Shown: positions 1 through 14,029, numbered from the whole stretch's first letter. The stretch: DNA of 61,775 nt, filler included, from Choristocarpus tenellus KU-1152 (GCA_964200185.2; 14 parts of 14 records of this genome joined end to end with filler, not necessarily neighbours in it); one strand, 5' to 3'. Program-made: numbers and translations. The notes: generated from the sequence alone by a model not told the origin.

Positions 1-448
1 TGGCCCCCCAAAACAGTATACTTCAAAGTGGACATCCTCAACCGGCCAAAAATACCCCAAACACATACGTCACTGTCAAACTGTGCAGACCTGTTCCAGG
101 AGTACTCTTGTTGTGGTCATCTATTTCTCACAACTCTCTGCCACATCTGTCTCTATTGCATATCTTGGGGTATACAACGTACTCACCATACGAGATGATT
201 CAGAACAATGTTATGCAACCAAATGTCTACTTTCTTGACCTTGACCTTGGCTTCGACTCAGAACAATAAAACTGCACCTTAGACTAAGCACAATCTATAA
301 CAAAAAATTCAATCTCTTCAAATCAATCTCGATCCACACTGGTTCCTCCTAGCAAGTATATCACCTTCACAACAACAAACAAAAAACGGTATATAAGATG
401 TGTAGCCTGGTTGATAGCCTGATTGATAGTAAGTGTACATTAACTCAC

Positions 449-3400
449 CGTTGTGCCCCTGAGCATATCTCCTGTCCCCTCAGCAGGAGGTCGTACGAGT
501 TGGAATACCTAGTGGGGATTTTTTATTATTTATCAATATCATCACTAGAATCAGAACACCCACACATACACATACACATACACACACGCACATATATACA
601 GATGTGAAATTTTTCCCACTCTCATGATTCACGACTTGGCAGCACACAATGATCCGCGTGTTAGAAAAAAGCGACATTGTGTCTGTAACAAAACTTCAAA
701 ATTGACGTTCCATTCTCATTTTGTTGATAAAAAAACAGACCGTAAGTGATAGTATACATCACTGTGATCAAGAATGTGATACAATGGAACTTGTTTGTGA
801 CCTATCTTCACACAGAATAGACCAACACAGTAAAAAATGATCAAGGATAGACACTTGCTCAATTATGCAGAGAGAGAGAGAGAGAGCGAGGGGGGGGGAG
901 AGGGAGAGGGAACGGGAGAGATCATACTGAAAAAATATGAATGCATCTATTGCTATCTATGTTCACCTGTTTGGCGATGTCCACTGTAACAGCAGATGGG
1001 TTGTGGTATCTAAAAGGTGACTGAAAGTATCCAAAATAATGCCACCCGATTTGCAGTAGGAGATGTTTAGTATGCCCTTCATATAACCCTGACCCTAATC
1101 ACACCTCTAATCTTTTAGGGAGAACACAATACATGATGTGAAATGAGCACCTTCCATGCACTTCTGGAGACTACGTAATCAAGTCATACTGACTACATAA
1201 TGATTTTGGTGTTGGGGTTAAGACACAACAATATATACAATGACTGCCCATCCCACGATTATTGCAACTGCAACACACCACTCTAATGAATAACAGATTC
1301 CTTTTACGACTGAAAGTATATTAGAGGTTATATGAGTTTTGCCCTGTTTTGTCCATTTAGGACTTCGCTTCCCATTCGTTTTTTTCTGATGTTTTCCTGC
1401 TCCGAAATTTGTCGGAGTAGGTAAAATGTATACGTTATGAAAAGGTGTGTCCGGAACAAGGATATTGACGCTTCCTAACAAACACGATAGCCAAAATTAC
1501 ATCAAAATCGAAACAATGGACTTTGGCCCCCAAATGGTCGCGGCCCTACCATCTAATATACTTTGGCTCTTACCATATCCTAACCCTAACCCCGACCCCG
1601 ACCCTTGAACCAACACACACAGACACACAGACACACACAAAAGTCAAGGTGAGCAGAAGCTCTTGCCTTAAGGGGAATATACTCTGTGCTCAGACATGAT
1701 TCAGGACCACAGAGTTGACAAAGCATCAACTCTCCTTGCCCTCTTCTTGCTTCCAAAAAGCCGAATCTGCTTGAAAAGAGAAGGTGCGTATTTTCCGAGA
1801 AATTTCCTGTAACTACTTTCTCCAGCCACCAGAAAATGAATTAGAACAGAACGTGGTGACTTTGTTAATTTTTTTTGCATATTTGCACCAATAGTAGGCC
1901 CTACCTACTCCTACAAAGACAACAACAAAGAGCAAAAAACCGTGATACCTATTGTCGTCTGGGCAGGGCATGGTGTAGAAGGGGCGGATGGCTGATGGGA
2001 AACGATCCAAGAAGAAAAAGTCAGTCCCAAACGCCTCCTTAACCAGTGTGCCTAGGGCAAGCTCCTGGGCGCCCGACAGATCTTCAAAGTCATCTGCCTA
2101 CGATGATGGGTTGGTACAGAGGATGTAGGTTCAGATTGAGAATCAATAGGTTTTCAAAAAGATGAACAGGATAGCCGGTATACCTTTGTTAGGAGTGTCT
2201 TGAGAGCGAGCATACCTGGAAAGAGACACCAGACACGCCCACCGATTTTCTGACATTTAGTAAATGTTCAACCAAATGATACAACTCGAGAAATATATCA
2301 ACATAAAAAAAACAATTACACTAAAAAACATGCGATGAGAATCTGCGGCAGTCATCTCTGCCTTCATACCACCTTGTAAAAGATGTGAGTGATATCAATA
2401 ATTCAATTTCTTAAAACAATAATGAATACTAACTATTGTAGCCTATGCCTTTTGATCACCCTAACCCTAACCCTAACCCTAACCCAAGAAAGTAAAATAA
2501 ATAAAATAAGTGTAGCGAAGAAGTCAGTATAGTACTATTAACAATAGCACACCTCTCAAGACTACATCCGCCACTGGAGGCAAAATATTTCATTGGGATA
2601 TTCTAGATCGACCTGTTGCAAACTGTCCAGAAGTTCTGTGACTAGCATACAGGCATATACCACATACCACACAACCAACGCGGTGACTGCAAGTGTGGAA
2701 ACTCAAATAGAGATCCACCTGAAGGCGATGTGGTGAAGAGCACTATCAAGTAGACCACAACATGCAATTAACAAAAACTTGTGACAGAGACCTTCGGCAG
2801 TATCTACATACTCTTGGTACAACTCAATAGTCACCATTGTGAACCTAGCATCAACAGCAAGCAGCAGATTGTTTGTACCATCAGTGAACTGAAGCGCTAT
2901 CTTAGTACCATGCACTATCTATTGAACCATGTCACATGTGGTCCCGTACATTCTATTGGTGGACATGTTCCTCCCCATACAATGCCTACTGTTAACAGTC
3001 CTCAATGTTCACGTCACCCCTATGGCCTTACGTCGCTCTCGACCCAGGACATACAGTCTCAATCTGAGAATGGTATCTGTACTTTACAAGAAAGCACCTA
3101 GAGACAACGATCAACTAATCACTTCATTCTAAGACCAACACAGGAGGAGATACACTACAAAAACACCTAACCCTAATATTCAAATCAACAGAATAGCGAG
3201 CCAGTAAACAAGTACACAACATCAGATCAACCAACTGTATCCCACCATCAACCTCTCCACATTCAAAATGCCTTTCCCAGACAACAACTTCAGACGACAA
3301 CAACGTAAACCCTAACCCTAACCTATTTTATCAAAAACACAAAAATAGGAAAGGTATGACATTAATCAGACAGCAGCAATCTTTGTCTTCGTTCTTATCC

Positions 3401-4796
3401 ATTTTTATTTTTTTAAATCACCTGGTGACCAGCTTCTCGTAACATTTTGATTCCGTCCTCCCAGTGCACCACAACAGGCTCCTCTGTGAACACCACAGCT
3501 TCAGAAGGGTACTGCTCCCGGATTGCCTTGAGTTCTGCACCAAAGCGCTCCTCCATACCACCAAAAATATGCTGTGTACGTATGCATGTATGTTTGTGTG
3601 TGTGTGTATTTGCCCAAAGCAAACAATGAAAACTCAGCAAAGGTATTATACGACCAATCAGAACAAGTCCTACCTGCGAATAAAAGGAAACACTTATCCC
3701 CCCCTCTCCAGTACAACAGATTAATTACCCTTCCATTCCAAAAGAGGCCACAAACCTCTACACTCTGGATTGTGGGATGAGGGGATATGACAAAACACTC
3801 TCCAATGAAATCGTCCATAGTATGTAGTCCCAGCAGACAATAAAGCAAAACCTTGGGTGTGTAGGGTCTTATGCCTTGTAGCTACTGAGGGATAGAATTG
3901 ACCTTGAATGTCTTGTGCAGGACTTCTATGACCTCATTGTAGTGGTCCCTAATGGCCATCTCCAAGTCCAGTCCTGTGAACTCGCAAAGGTGCCTGTATA
4001 CAAATTGCATGACATGTCAAAATACACAAACAGACATGACACGACACAGGCGATGTTAACGCTAATCCATACACGGTCCACAAATACTTCATTGCATTGT
4101 ATACAACAATTAAAGTATGATAATAATATTAATACAACAATTAAAGAGAAATAATAACAAACACTAAATCCCCACACTCAGCTCTGGCTAAGATGTGTAC
4201 ATACGTCTTACCGTTGACAGTAGTGCAGCAGCACCGGATAGATTTTTGTACAATACAACACAAACAGCACATAATTACACTCTGCGAATACCCTAACCCT
4301 TAATTAACCCTTGTTGCGTTGAGTCTTTCTCAACATTTAACCCACTTGTGCAATTCCTGAATGTAAACCCTTGTTAAATATATTGGACACTGTAGATTCC
4401 CTCAACGATTCCAGCTATTAATAGGGGAGGTTACCAGCAGTTGAAAGCACCCTTCCGTCTCAATGCGACAATCATACGCTGACGCAAATGCTGCTCTCCA
4501 TATCACGGCCTCAACCCCCCAGTCCCAGCTCAAACCCTTTCCCAAAACCCTATAACCCTAACCCTAAAGATGAGTAAGGTTGCGACATTGCGAGAAGACA
4601 CGCTAGCTGCTACTAGAGCGATTCTCAACGGCCCTGGAGCAATACTATTTATTTTATTTTTGTTTTTTGTTGCTGCTCACCGCCGCGTGTTAGACTTCTC
4701 TGCTCGAAACACTGGTCCCACTTCAAACACCTTTGATAGGTCTGCAGAGATAGCCATCTGTTTGTACAGCTGTGGCGACTGCGCCAGGCAGGCCCT
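449..4796 (-). CDS. DARS1: Cytosolic aspartyl-tRNA synthetase, partial; exons 4796-4681, 3993-3903, 3571-3422, 2097-1949, 508-449
   Basis: Phase-consistent GT-AG exons translate to [38 protein letters not shown] / [12 protein letters not shown] / [17 protein letters not shown] / [20 protein letters not shown], hallmark class IIb AspRS motifs. Both ends are cut off by the contig or window edge. Confidence 0.95.
1308..1569 (+). mobile_element. MITE family B, full length, in an AspRS intron
   Basis: TIRs GACTGAAAGTATATTAGAGG...TCTAATATACTTTGGCTC; 4-bp TSD TTAC on both sides. Confidence 0.9.
2459..2484. repeat. Interstitial telomere-type (CCCTAA)n; similar tracts near 1580, 3308, 4553, 14371, 23516, 40553
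   Basis: ccctaa tandem units read directly. Confidence 0.85.
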
Positions 4797-4845
4797 CTTC
4801 AGAACAGACACAGATAATGCATGACATCACAGTGGCACAAAGGGG

Positions 4846-4945
4846 NNNNNNNNNNNNNNNNNNNNNNNNNNNNNNNNNNNNNNNNNNNNTTAATTAATTA
4901 ANNNNNNNNNNNNNNNNNNNNNNNNNNNNNNNNNNNNNNNNNNNN
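4846..4945. other. Artificial contig linker N44-TTAATTAATTAA-N44; also at 9465, 14030, 17061, 21680, 27492, 32100, 36991, 39616, 46074, 49497, 52747, 57983 (each 100 nt)
   Basis: Identical N-padded all-frame-stop spacer repeated 13 times. Confidence 0.98.
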
Positions 4946-5399
4946 TCGCGTGTAACAACCGTTTGCACTTCGTTGAAATACAAGAAGAAATACTCGCTCT
5001 ATTCGCCTGTAACAGTTGTGCCATCAACGACACACTTATACCACTCCTATTGGTTGGTTGGTCTTGTGCTCCACTTCTCAACTGTGATCCTCAACTTCTC
5101 GACGTCACCTTGCTTGCTGTCTCATCCATCCCCTTTTTCTCCTGTCTACTTTGCTTCTGTGTTCGATCTGCAAGCTCTCTATTCATCAACAGTATTAGAA
5201 GCTGCTTATCCCCCACATGTGTAACTGACCCTGTGAATAGGAGTCTCTGTTTTTGCACACTCACCATGACACTCTCACACCCAGTCTCTTCACAAGGGCA
5301 TCTTTGTAAGGCGATGTGCTACTAGTGTGGGTTCCTGTCTATGAAATCTGATGCAGCATAGGAGGAATTTATAATGATAGGAGCAAAGCATCATATGGT

Positions 5400-6560
5400 G
5401 GACCTGGTGGAGTTTCCATGTCGCACAACCGACCATATAACAGAACCTCAAGTACATCACCATTGAGCACTTAATCTTAAGCTTCCAAGTGTTACACCTG
5501 TGGCCTTGTCATGAAGCACTTCGCTGTGTTTGCACTAACGGCTCCAGGATTCTTGGATCCATCGACCGATTTTCATTACTGATTGTGCCTCCAAGCAAGG
5601 CACACAAATTCGCAAATCTTCAAAGTGTTGGCGCAACCCTCAGATTTGCATGTCTGCGTCCTTTTATTGGAGGTCGAAGGCACATGGTCTATATCTTCAA
5701 CTCAGACATGGTCAACCCCCCAAAAATTGGAATTCCTTACAATCGCTATATAGACATAATTCTCACATCGTCAACATAGAGCATGCCCATAGGAATTGCA
5801 CAAGTGTTACTCCACTGCCAGTCACTTCCCTGCCCTGGTTGCTTGTGGCTGCCCTCTTGACGACAAGAAGGTCCTTGAAGGTGGCTGGGTAGAGGTGAAT
5901 TCCTTAACTACTATGCTTAGCGCTGCAGTGAATAAGATTTTTAGGAGGATGGGAACAAGGGAACAATACCCTTGCTGAAGGCCCTGTCCTACCTCAAACC
6001 AATCTGTACACTCTTCATCATCCATGTGAAATGCAGGTCCCTGTTGCATCACCAATTTGGCTGATGACTGAGATCATCCTCTCAGGCACTCCGACCTTGG
6101 CAGCGCAGTCCACAGGAGGTTTCGGTCAACTGATTCATGTGCTTTCGGTAGGTCAATAAAACACATGAAGAGAGGTAAAGCAGAAGCTTTTCTTGTCGGA
6201 GTTCTTGGAGGGCATGCACGGTGTACATCATGTCTATTGTGAAGTGGTGGTGCTGGAAACCGCACTGTTTCCACATGGAGTATATTCTCCAGTTCCAGGT
6301 ATTTCCCAGTCGTTGTGCAACAATCTCGAGAAGAATTCTGGCATCGTGTGCCACCAATGAGATGGTCCTGTAGTCACTACAATCGGTCCAATCTCTTCTT
6401 CGTGGAATACTTTGATGATAGACCTGCAGCATATCTTACCGATCCAATACGGCGTCCACAATCTTGTTGAAACTCTATGAGATAGTCTCGCCCTCCTTTG
6501 ACCCAAATTTCAGGATCGAAGGAGGAAGATTATCTGGACCCATTGCCTTCCCATTTCCCA
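5400..6560 (-). mobile_element. Degenerate non-LTR retrotransposon reverse transcriptase (RTE-like LINE)
   Basis: Frameshifted pieces DYRTISLVAH, QCGF, LFMCFIDLPKAHESVDRNLLW, GMLYVDD (YADD box near 5775) and GLTMSE occur in RT order. Confidence 0.85.
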
Positions 6561-7095
6561 CCAGGAGGAAACTTAAGCCACAACCAGCAGTGTTGGTGAA
6601 TCAGGGGGAGGTCCCATTTATGGGAATCCTTCGCCGAGGACTTGAGCACCATGGGTTATGAGTTTGGGCGACTTGTCATTGGGGAACACTTAAAAGTATC
6701 GGCTCCACCGTTTCATGATGAATGCTTACGGTGTAGGTGTTCAATCCGTAGTGTTTGACGCATTTACTTGGGATAATCGAAACCAGACTTTCAAAAATAG
6801 AAGTCGATGGAGTTAAAACCTGCAAAATTAATACAGGAAAGAGCACTCGAAATCACAGAGTTTGTGATAGTAAATGTGCACCCTGTCTCACTACTAGCCA
6901 ACATAGTCTCTCCTGCAAGGACCAAAAATGTTCATATACTTTTGAATGGACAATAGAGTACGGATGATGGATGGACAGATGGACGGGCAAGTTTTTTCAA
7001 ATATGTATTATGTACGTCCCATCCTCATCCTACCTTCATCCTTCCCTCTTCTTTCACCTAACGTCTGACTTTGATGTCCCTTGCAGCCATCGCGT

Positions 7096-8132
7096 ATGTC
7101 CGACAAGTGGGATGAATGGAGTGACTCGCTTCCTGGTGAAGATCAGGACGATGACTGGGACTGGCCAGACGACTCTGTCAAGGAAGAGGAGAACACTATC
7201 GTACCACTCGACACAACCGTAGTTGAGGAAGGTCCTAGTTGTACTTCTGCTCGAGCAATATCACTTCTGATCGAGGAGAGGAGTGAACACTACTTCAAAG
7301 GGCTGAAGGCCTACCTTCAAGATCTTGCAGACCCATGTGTCAGGGAAAAAATCAATGAGGCATGTGTAGATCTTTATCAATCTTAGTCAATGCAATGTTT
7401 GCGACACAATTCGGAGACGAGACGTTTTGTAGGAATACTTTGCAGCGGACGGAACAGAGCTGGCAAAAGACTGAAATTTGACCCTCCTTGTCTTGTGCTT
7501 CACATCAGGTAAGGTTGGGAATGTCTCTAGATTTCCAAGCTCATCAAAAGAGTGCTGATACAATAAGAACATTCCAATACTCCGCCCACCCTTGGAGAAT
7601 GTGCTATAAATACATCTCTATTTCAGCTTTCTGTGAATGTTCCCCTCGTTTTCCTCCTCTTGTCATCTCCTCACTACCCTCTCCTCCCAATATCTACCTC
7701 TGGTGTCCTGAGAAGGTCCTCACAAGCCGCACCTACGCTGGGCTAACAGAGTACTATAAGGGTCGAAACGACCTTGCCACTTACACTATCGAGGTTGAAG
7801 TGCACAGGTGCAAACTTAACCGGAGTGTGTGTGAGGGGGAAGGGCATGGAGTACAAGGACCATGGCTCTCATGTATCAGTCCCCACTCCATATTTTGTAG
7901 CAATGATTGGTGCAGGAGGATGTTTACTGCTGTGAGAACCCTAACACATCGCTCTATTGCCTTCCTTCCAATGCACTTGCAATATATGTCCAGGATGAAG
8001 TATGAGGTGGAAACGGAGGAAGGTATTATGCTCTCTGGAAAGGAAGACGTCCGGGAGCACCTGACCGCTCGGGGGGGGCATGACCCCCTGGTCCTCATGG
8101 CCAACCAGAGCATTTTTGCAGACATGTTCGAG
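7096..8132 (+). CDS. Uncharacterised protein, 5' part; exons 7096-7359, 7716-7807, 7994-8132
   Basis: ATG-initiated acidic N-terminus (MSDKWDEWSD...) joins in frame to VLTSRTYAGLTEYY...R and MKYEVE...MANQSIFADMFE. Intron 2 is GT-AG; introns 1 and 3 fit best with GC donors. Confidence 0.7.
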
Positions 8133-9754
8133 GCAAGAATGGGGATTTGTGTTTATGTGTCTATTCTCCCTTTGTCTCTTCATGCATATTGTCTTCTTCT
8201 TGCTCTCCTTGAGCATGGATAACTTGTACTTATGTATGCAAGTATGCCAATGGTGGAGTGGAAGCAGGACATCGCAGAAATGATGTGGGTGGCAATTTAT
8301 CCATCACCTGAAGAACACTGATCCCACCTGCCACAAACACGAGGATAATACATTCTTCAAGTGTGCAATCCATTAGCCATGCTACTGTCTGTACCTACGA
8401 GTAGTTCATGGGAAATGTTTGCAGTACTGAGGGGTACTTGACTTCAATGTGTATCATCCCCTTCTGGACCCACATGCAACAAACAATTTTTGATGGTGTT
8501 CCTCACCTGCCATACTCTTTGTCCTTGCAACATTACTGTGTGCTACTGGAAAACTATTAGCACCACAGTATGCCACATTACATTTCGGTGTCTGCTACTT
8601 CTAATTAGGAACCTTACTCATGTTGGCAGTGGCGGAGCATGCCTTGCAGGTGTGTCCTTTTCTGTTGTATCTTGAGCTGGGCTGTACTTTGCTGGGCTGT
8701 TCAGCAGCTGTTACGTTTACCACTGCTCCCCACAGTGCTGATAAATCCCAGACATTCCTCCATAAAATGCAGAGAACGCAGATATTCATGTAGATGCCTG
8801 TATGGTGCGCGTCATTTGTTTGTCTGGAGCAGCATATCCCTGAGAGAGTTGTCAAAGGAAACTCTCACGACCAACCTTTGTTGCTTGCTTAGGTGATGGC
8901 ACATCCAGTCTACCTAAATTTCACACATAGGCCATTTACACGTGTAGGTTGATGGTTCTGAGTATCTCTCCTGAGCTCAGTGTACTTGTCATCCATCTAC
9001 TACTCTCCCCTAAATGACCTATGAGAAAATGGCTCATGGGCACAGTTACTTCCCCTTCTCTGAGTGAAATGCACATATACAAGGGTCAAGTCACCAACCT
9101 TGTGACTACAAATCAACCCAAGTTTTGATCTGTTGGACCTACGTGTTATTTCTCCAAGGATACCCCTGATGTGGTCAATGGATGAGATTCAACATGTAGG
9201 AAATGTTGTCGATGGTGTTTTGGTTGATGGACATGTCTGGACACAATACAATAATGATCCCTAGCATGCAGACGAGTTTAGCTGCTTACATGTGGCTCTT
9301 TGGTCACTGTGATGCACCAAGATACACAAAATACCACTGTTTCACCTATGGCACTATGAAGTGTTGAACATGTAGAACTGTGGTATCTCAATATATATTG
9401 GCAGTGGTGTTTCAAAATACAACATAGCAAAGCTGTGAGAAGCAGGCGGGCTTGCATCTGAAGGNNNNNNNNNNNNNNNNNNNNNNNNNNNNNNNNNNNN
9501 NNNNNNNNTTAATTAATTAANNNNNNNNNNNNNNNNNNNNNNNNNNNNNNNNNNNNNNNNNNNNCAATATCCCACAACAACAAAAAAATACGGACATACA
9601 CCCAGTCCTTTTCCCGCTGCCCCCCCCCCCCCCCCCCCCTCCCCCTGCATGCCATGCCTTCCCCCTGCTCCAAAGCAAACACTATTCACAACTTCCCAGC
9701 TTCTCTTTTCCCCCTTTCTCTCGTCCCCTCATCCCATCACTCCCCATGCCTCAC

Positions 9755-11688
9755 CCTGCCGTCCCTGCCAGTAAACCGCAACTTGATGTTCGCCTTGACT
9801 TCAGTAGTGCCAGACACCTGTGTAAATATTCCCCCATAATAATACACCACAAGATTAGGCAGGAGGAGGGGGGCAGGGGGGAACAGGCTCACAACTTGTG
9901 GTTGAAAAGTAGAAAGTACTCTTGTCAACTGCAGCAGTATAAAGCATATGAACAGTTCGGATGTGTTCATGAAAGGGACAGAAGGGACCTGGTGCAGAGG
10001 GACAGACGTGCAACGAAAGGGATACTACTCCAAGCAGTTCGGATCATACATGATGTACAAGCAGTAATGGGTTAGTGGTCTACAAATAGATGGGTACTCA
10101 TTGGCACAGTGTATTTGTTCAGTCAAAAGATGTCTTCATATGTTCGCACCAATGCCTGTTTCAACTGTTCAGATAGCTGTACAGCTCCATATCCTGGACC
10201 ACAGCATGGTTCTTAAGCCAGTCACCTCCCCCACTTAGCACATGATATTTCTCATCAAATGTTTCATTCATCATTCCCCTAAATGCAATGTGGACTACTC
10301 AGTACTACATAAAACACTTTGTTCTTCAATCCATCCAACAACTGCATATCTTGTCTGACAAGCACAAAGAAAGTGTGTACTGAATTAATCTATCCCTAAC
10401 GTAGCTACTAAGCACAATCAGGAGGTGCAAACAGATTCCTACAAGTCGTGAGTGCAAAGGGAGTATTGGTAAAAGAGTTAACTGGGTATTGGGGTGCAAA
10501 CCTTGGGGTCATGGACAAATGACTGCCCATTGCGCGCACCAGGTGGGAGGGTGCCGGTGCAGGCATACTTGAGGCACTCAATCACTGTGGTCTTTCCACA
10601 GCCATTGGCTCCCACAATCATGGTCAAAGGGGTGTAGAACTCGATCACCTTGGCATCCAAAAGACAAGGGTAGTAAATGTGAGGGGAGAAGCATCTGGTC
10701 CTGGTATTGTATTGAGTGAGGTCAGCAAACCGACACTGAATAAGGGTCAGAAAAGATCAACTGGGGTGGGGACCGAGGGGCTCCAACGAAACAGAACATG
10801 AAATGGCGCTTTGATACCAAGTACTTCAACGTGGGGGGTGTCATCGTGGTATAATCCGACACCATATCGAAGCAGATGTTTACCTCATCTTCACTGCCAG
10901 TAGGTTTCTGTCTGTACTACAAGGCCATTTACTGCCGATCGACGACAGCCTGCCTCGACAAATGATCTGGTCGAATCTAGTGCATGCCTACAATATAACG
11001 GCAGGTTTAGGAAGAGTAAGAGGTGGCCATCCTTCGCAATAGGTGATCAATGGAAGAAGGCAAAAAGATGCCATGTCTCTAAGCCTTACATCCTTCAATC
11101 CAGATCGGAAGGCAACAAGGTGAGCGGTGTGGGACAGATGTTCTAGCTACCTGAAACTCTGATACGGGTATAACACCCATAGTACCCATTTGGAGTCAAC
11201 TCGATAGGGGCAGACCGTGTAAGTGTAGAAATCACCAACAAGTATTGCAGCGAACACAACAATATGTTACTATACTTCTAGCTGAAGTCACCGCGCCTCG
11301 CAAAAATATACACATTGTCCTGAACCTCCCAACCATCTCTAACACAGTAAATTCAACCGCCAAACATGGGGCGCTAGCTCAAGGTGGGGCATCTGCAAGG
11401 CAGGATCAGGGCTTCACGTTGACCATAGTTGATGGTCTCGACGTGTTCAGTGTTCGCACGGATTCTGCAGTGGAGACCCCTCTTACTCCTGCGTCGACAT
11501 AAGGGTTTCCCTACTCAGGAGCTGGCAGCTTCTCGAATTCCTAATACTTGATGGGACATGGCAGTGTCCATCATTACAGCGAATCCTGGACACATGTTTG
11601 GCCCTCAATCCCGGGCTTGCCTTACCTGCTCGCGCTCATGGCTAAAGCTCCGAATTCCACGAATGGACAGCTTGTTCACCGACGCCAT
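9755..11688 (-). CDS. RAD50: DNA repair protein RAD50, N-terminal exons 11688-11626, 10648-10502, 9817-9755
   Basis: [21 protein letters not shown] / [32 protein letters not shown]...FVHDPK / [15 protein letters not shown]; Walker A GANGCGKT; phase-0 GT-AG introns. Confidence 0.95.
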
Positions 11689-12274
11689 GATGCCCAATGG
11701 CAGCGGCTGCAAGCTAGATGAGACTTTCAGGGATACGGCCGACACCACCAACGATGCCAACTTTTAAAGTTTTAGGAAAGAGTCATCTTTCAAACTGGCG
11801 CGCTAAGGTTCCCCCTCTTGGAACGCTCGAGCGCGCAAATGTTCATTTTTGTTGAGATGTATATAGTAAAAGAGTAACATATGTAAAATTTGTAACTCCC
11901 TTCCAAATCCGCCTATGACAAAAGGGAGGGAACATAGATTACCAAGAACACACTTCCATCAAGTACCGCGAATATCCATACGGGCAGGGCGACCCAAAGT
12001 GGTCATAAGATCTCTTGCGCGTCTAGGTCTCACATTATGTCCATTCCTATTGGTGTTTTGTTTGGAAGGGATTCTTTTTTCTGGGGCACCTGGATATGGA
12101 AACCATCATGTTGTCGAGGATAATAGAGTGGAAGAACGTTCGCACAAACCTTCGCGTGAGCTACAAAGGACTCCAGAAAGAATGGCTAGCTCCTTATGTG
12201 TTCGACTCGACCTCCCTTTGGTAATTGACGGTGTTTTTCCGGTGGGTGTACAGCCCTCTCTCAACGCACGCTGA

Positions 12275-12384
12275 TCGACCACTTTGATATTTCAGTAGTA
12301 ACCAAATTCATCCAAAAATCGCGACATGGAAAAATGGACCCCGAATGGACCGCCGCCACACACACACCCCAAATACTTCGAGCC
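12275..12384 (+). mobile_element. Family A right terminus and subterminal region only
   Basis: aaccaaat..ccaaaaatcgcgacatggaaaaatggacccc..atggac..ccccaaatacttcgagcc matches the family A 3' half. Confidence 0.7.
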
Positions 12385-13939
12385 TTCTGGTACAAGTGTT
12401 TCTAGCACCTTGGAGGACGAATTTGTCGCTACGTGGACGAAAACTTACATCTTATACAGTCACAGTCTCCTAAGGGGAAGATGCATTTTAGACATGGAAG
12501 ATGGGGTGTCAGGCAAAAAAAGATAAAAGAATCTCTGAATACTCAAAAAGGGCCGAATAGAACCAACCCATCGGGATAGGACGGCTCATTTGTTTTTTTC
12601 ACAGTTAAACCCCCTCATGTATACGGAGATCTCTACACCTAAAATAATTCGAAGGATTTCATCGTTGAAAATCCACTATAAAAGGTGCAAGAGTAGCAAC
12701 TCGATGGATTTCGTACAGACTGGAAACTCAAGAGATCCTTATTATGTTCTCTGGAGTTACACGGAGTATTACTAGTCTATATTATCTTACACCCAATGGC
12801 ATTTTGCAGAGTATTCCAGGGGGAAACGAAAACAGAGCACAACAAGCCCAACAGTAATGGTTGTATGCAAATTCGCACCTACAAGAAGGTTTCCGCAAAA
12901 ACGACCCTCTGAGGAAGCTTCCCGTCCGATACAACCAGGTTCAAGGGGAAGTTTTACTAAAGCTTGCCGAGTTCAACAGTGGGGAGCAAGGTCAGTTCTT
13001 GTTGAAGTGCTGCTTGCTGTATGGCTCAATGGATATCCGAATTTAGGCACTATGGCACATGATACTTGTCGTAGTGTATTATGCGGGCATCATCAAATGT
13101 ATCTGTACATAAAAGTAGTGGATGAGATGCAGCGGGACAAAACTGTAAGAGGCTCAAGACTAGTCCAGCTCTCCAGTTCGGCATAAAACATTGAGTCACA
13201 GGGGAAGGAAGTTCTTGGCGAGTAATCTGAAAACAGTGAGGCACAATGCAGTCCCTAGATGAGTATGCAAGAAAAATTGGGGTGAACCATTTACCCAATA
13301 ATACATTGAAAACAAGTTCCGTTTGATTCTGGCTAGGTTTGATGACTAGAGCTCTACAATAGTAGCACCAGTGTACCTCCAGCCAACACACTCCGTCCTC
13401 TCTCCATTCCACCACCATTGTCATACTGTTCACATTAACTATACTCAGTAGTTTGCAGGAATTATGTTAAGCATCCATTGGGTGAACCAGTTTAGAAACA
13501 TCTCTCCAAATGTAACCACTTTCTCCAATCTAGGGATGGGCAGCAGCTCTGGCCATGTTTTTTTTGTGGGGGGATGGAGATAAATTAGGAGGAGTTTTTG
13601 TTGGCCTCACATCGGACTGATAGTTAGCCAAACCAACATGAGGTAACCAGGAAGCGGGCCCCGGCCAGCCCTTTCGAAACAACATAATCTCTGGGTCTAC
13701 CCAGGGATATGTTTAAATTTGTAGTACTTGATTTATATATTTATATACGAAATTTCTGTTGTTAATTCTCTACACTCTATAGCAATGATTTGAAATTTGG
13801 TTATAATTCACACACAATCCATCCAATCTGGTCCAACCGACCTGAAACCCGACCTAGCTTTGGTAGGTGATCCGTGGCCCGGCCCCTTTATTGCTGTGGA
13901 TGGTCCCAGGCCAGCCCTTTCAATATATATCTTACCTGA

Positions 13940-14029
13940 GGGTCAAAGTATCTGGGGGGGGGGGGGGGTTTGTGAGGGGGCGTCCGTTTAGGTCTAACAA
14001 CTCTTATTTTTTCTGACATTTCAAATATG
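13940..14029. mobile_element. Family A-type terminus truncated at a contig end; similar truncated termini at 17002-17060, 17161-17180, 27376-27491, 52719-52746, 52847-52866, 61707-61775
   Basis: G(G/A)NTCAAAGTATCTG(n) terminal motif or its reverse complement. Confidence 0.75.

Noticed and set aside
4846-4945. Recurrent TTAATTAATTAA motif as a biological repeat
   Set aside because: Always centred in N44 pads, so it is an artificial concatenation linker. Adjacency across linkers carries no synteny information.
12590-13046. Gene divergent from RAD50
   Set aside because: A donor-like site exists near 12991, but no consistent exon chain or recognisable protein could be built.
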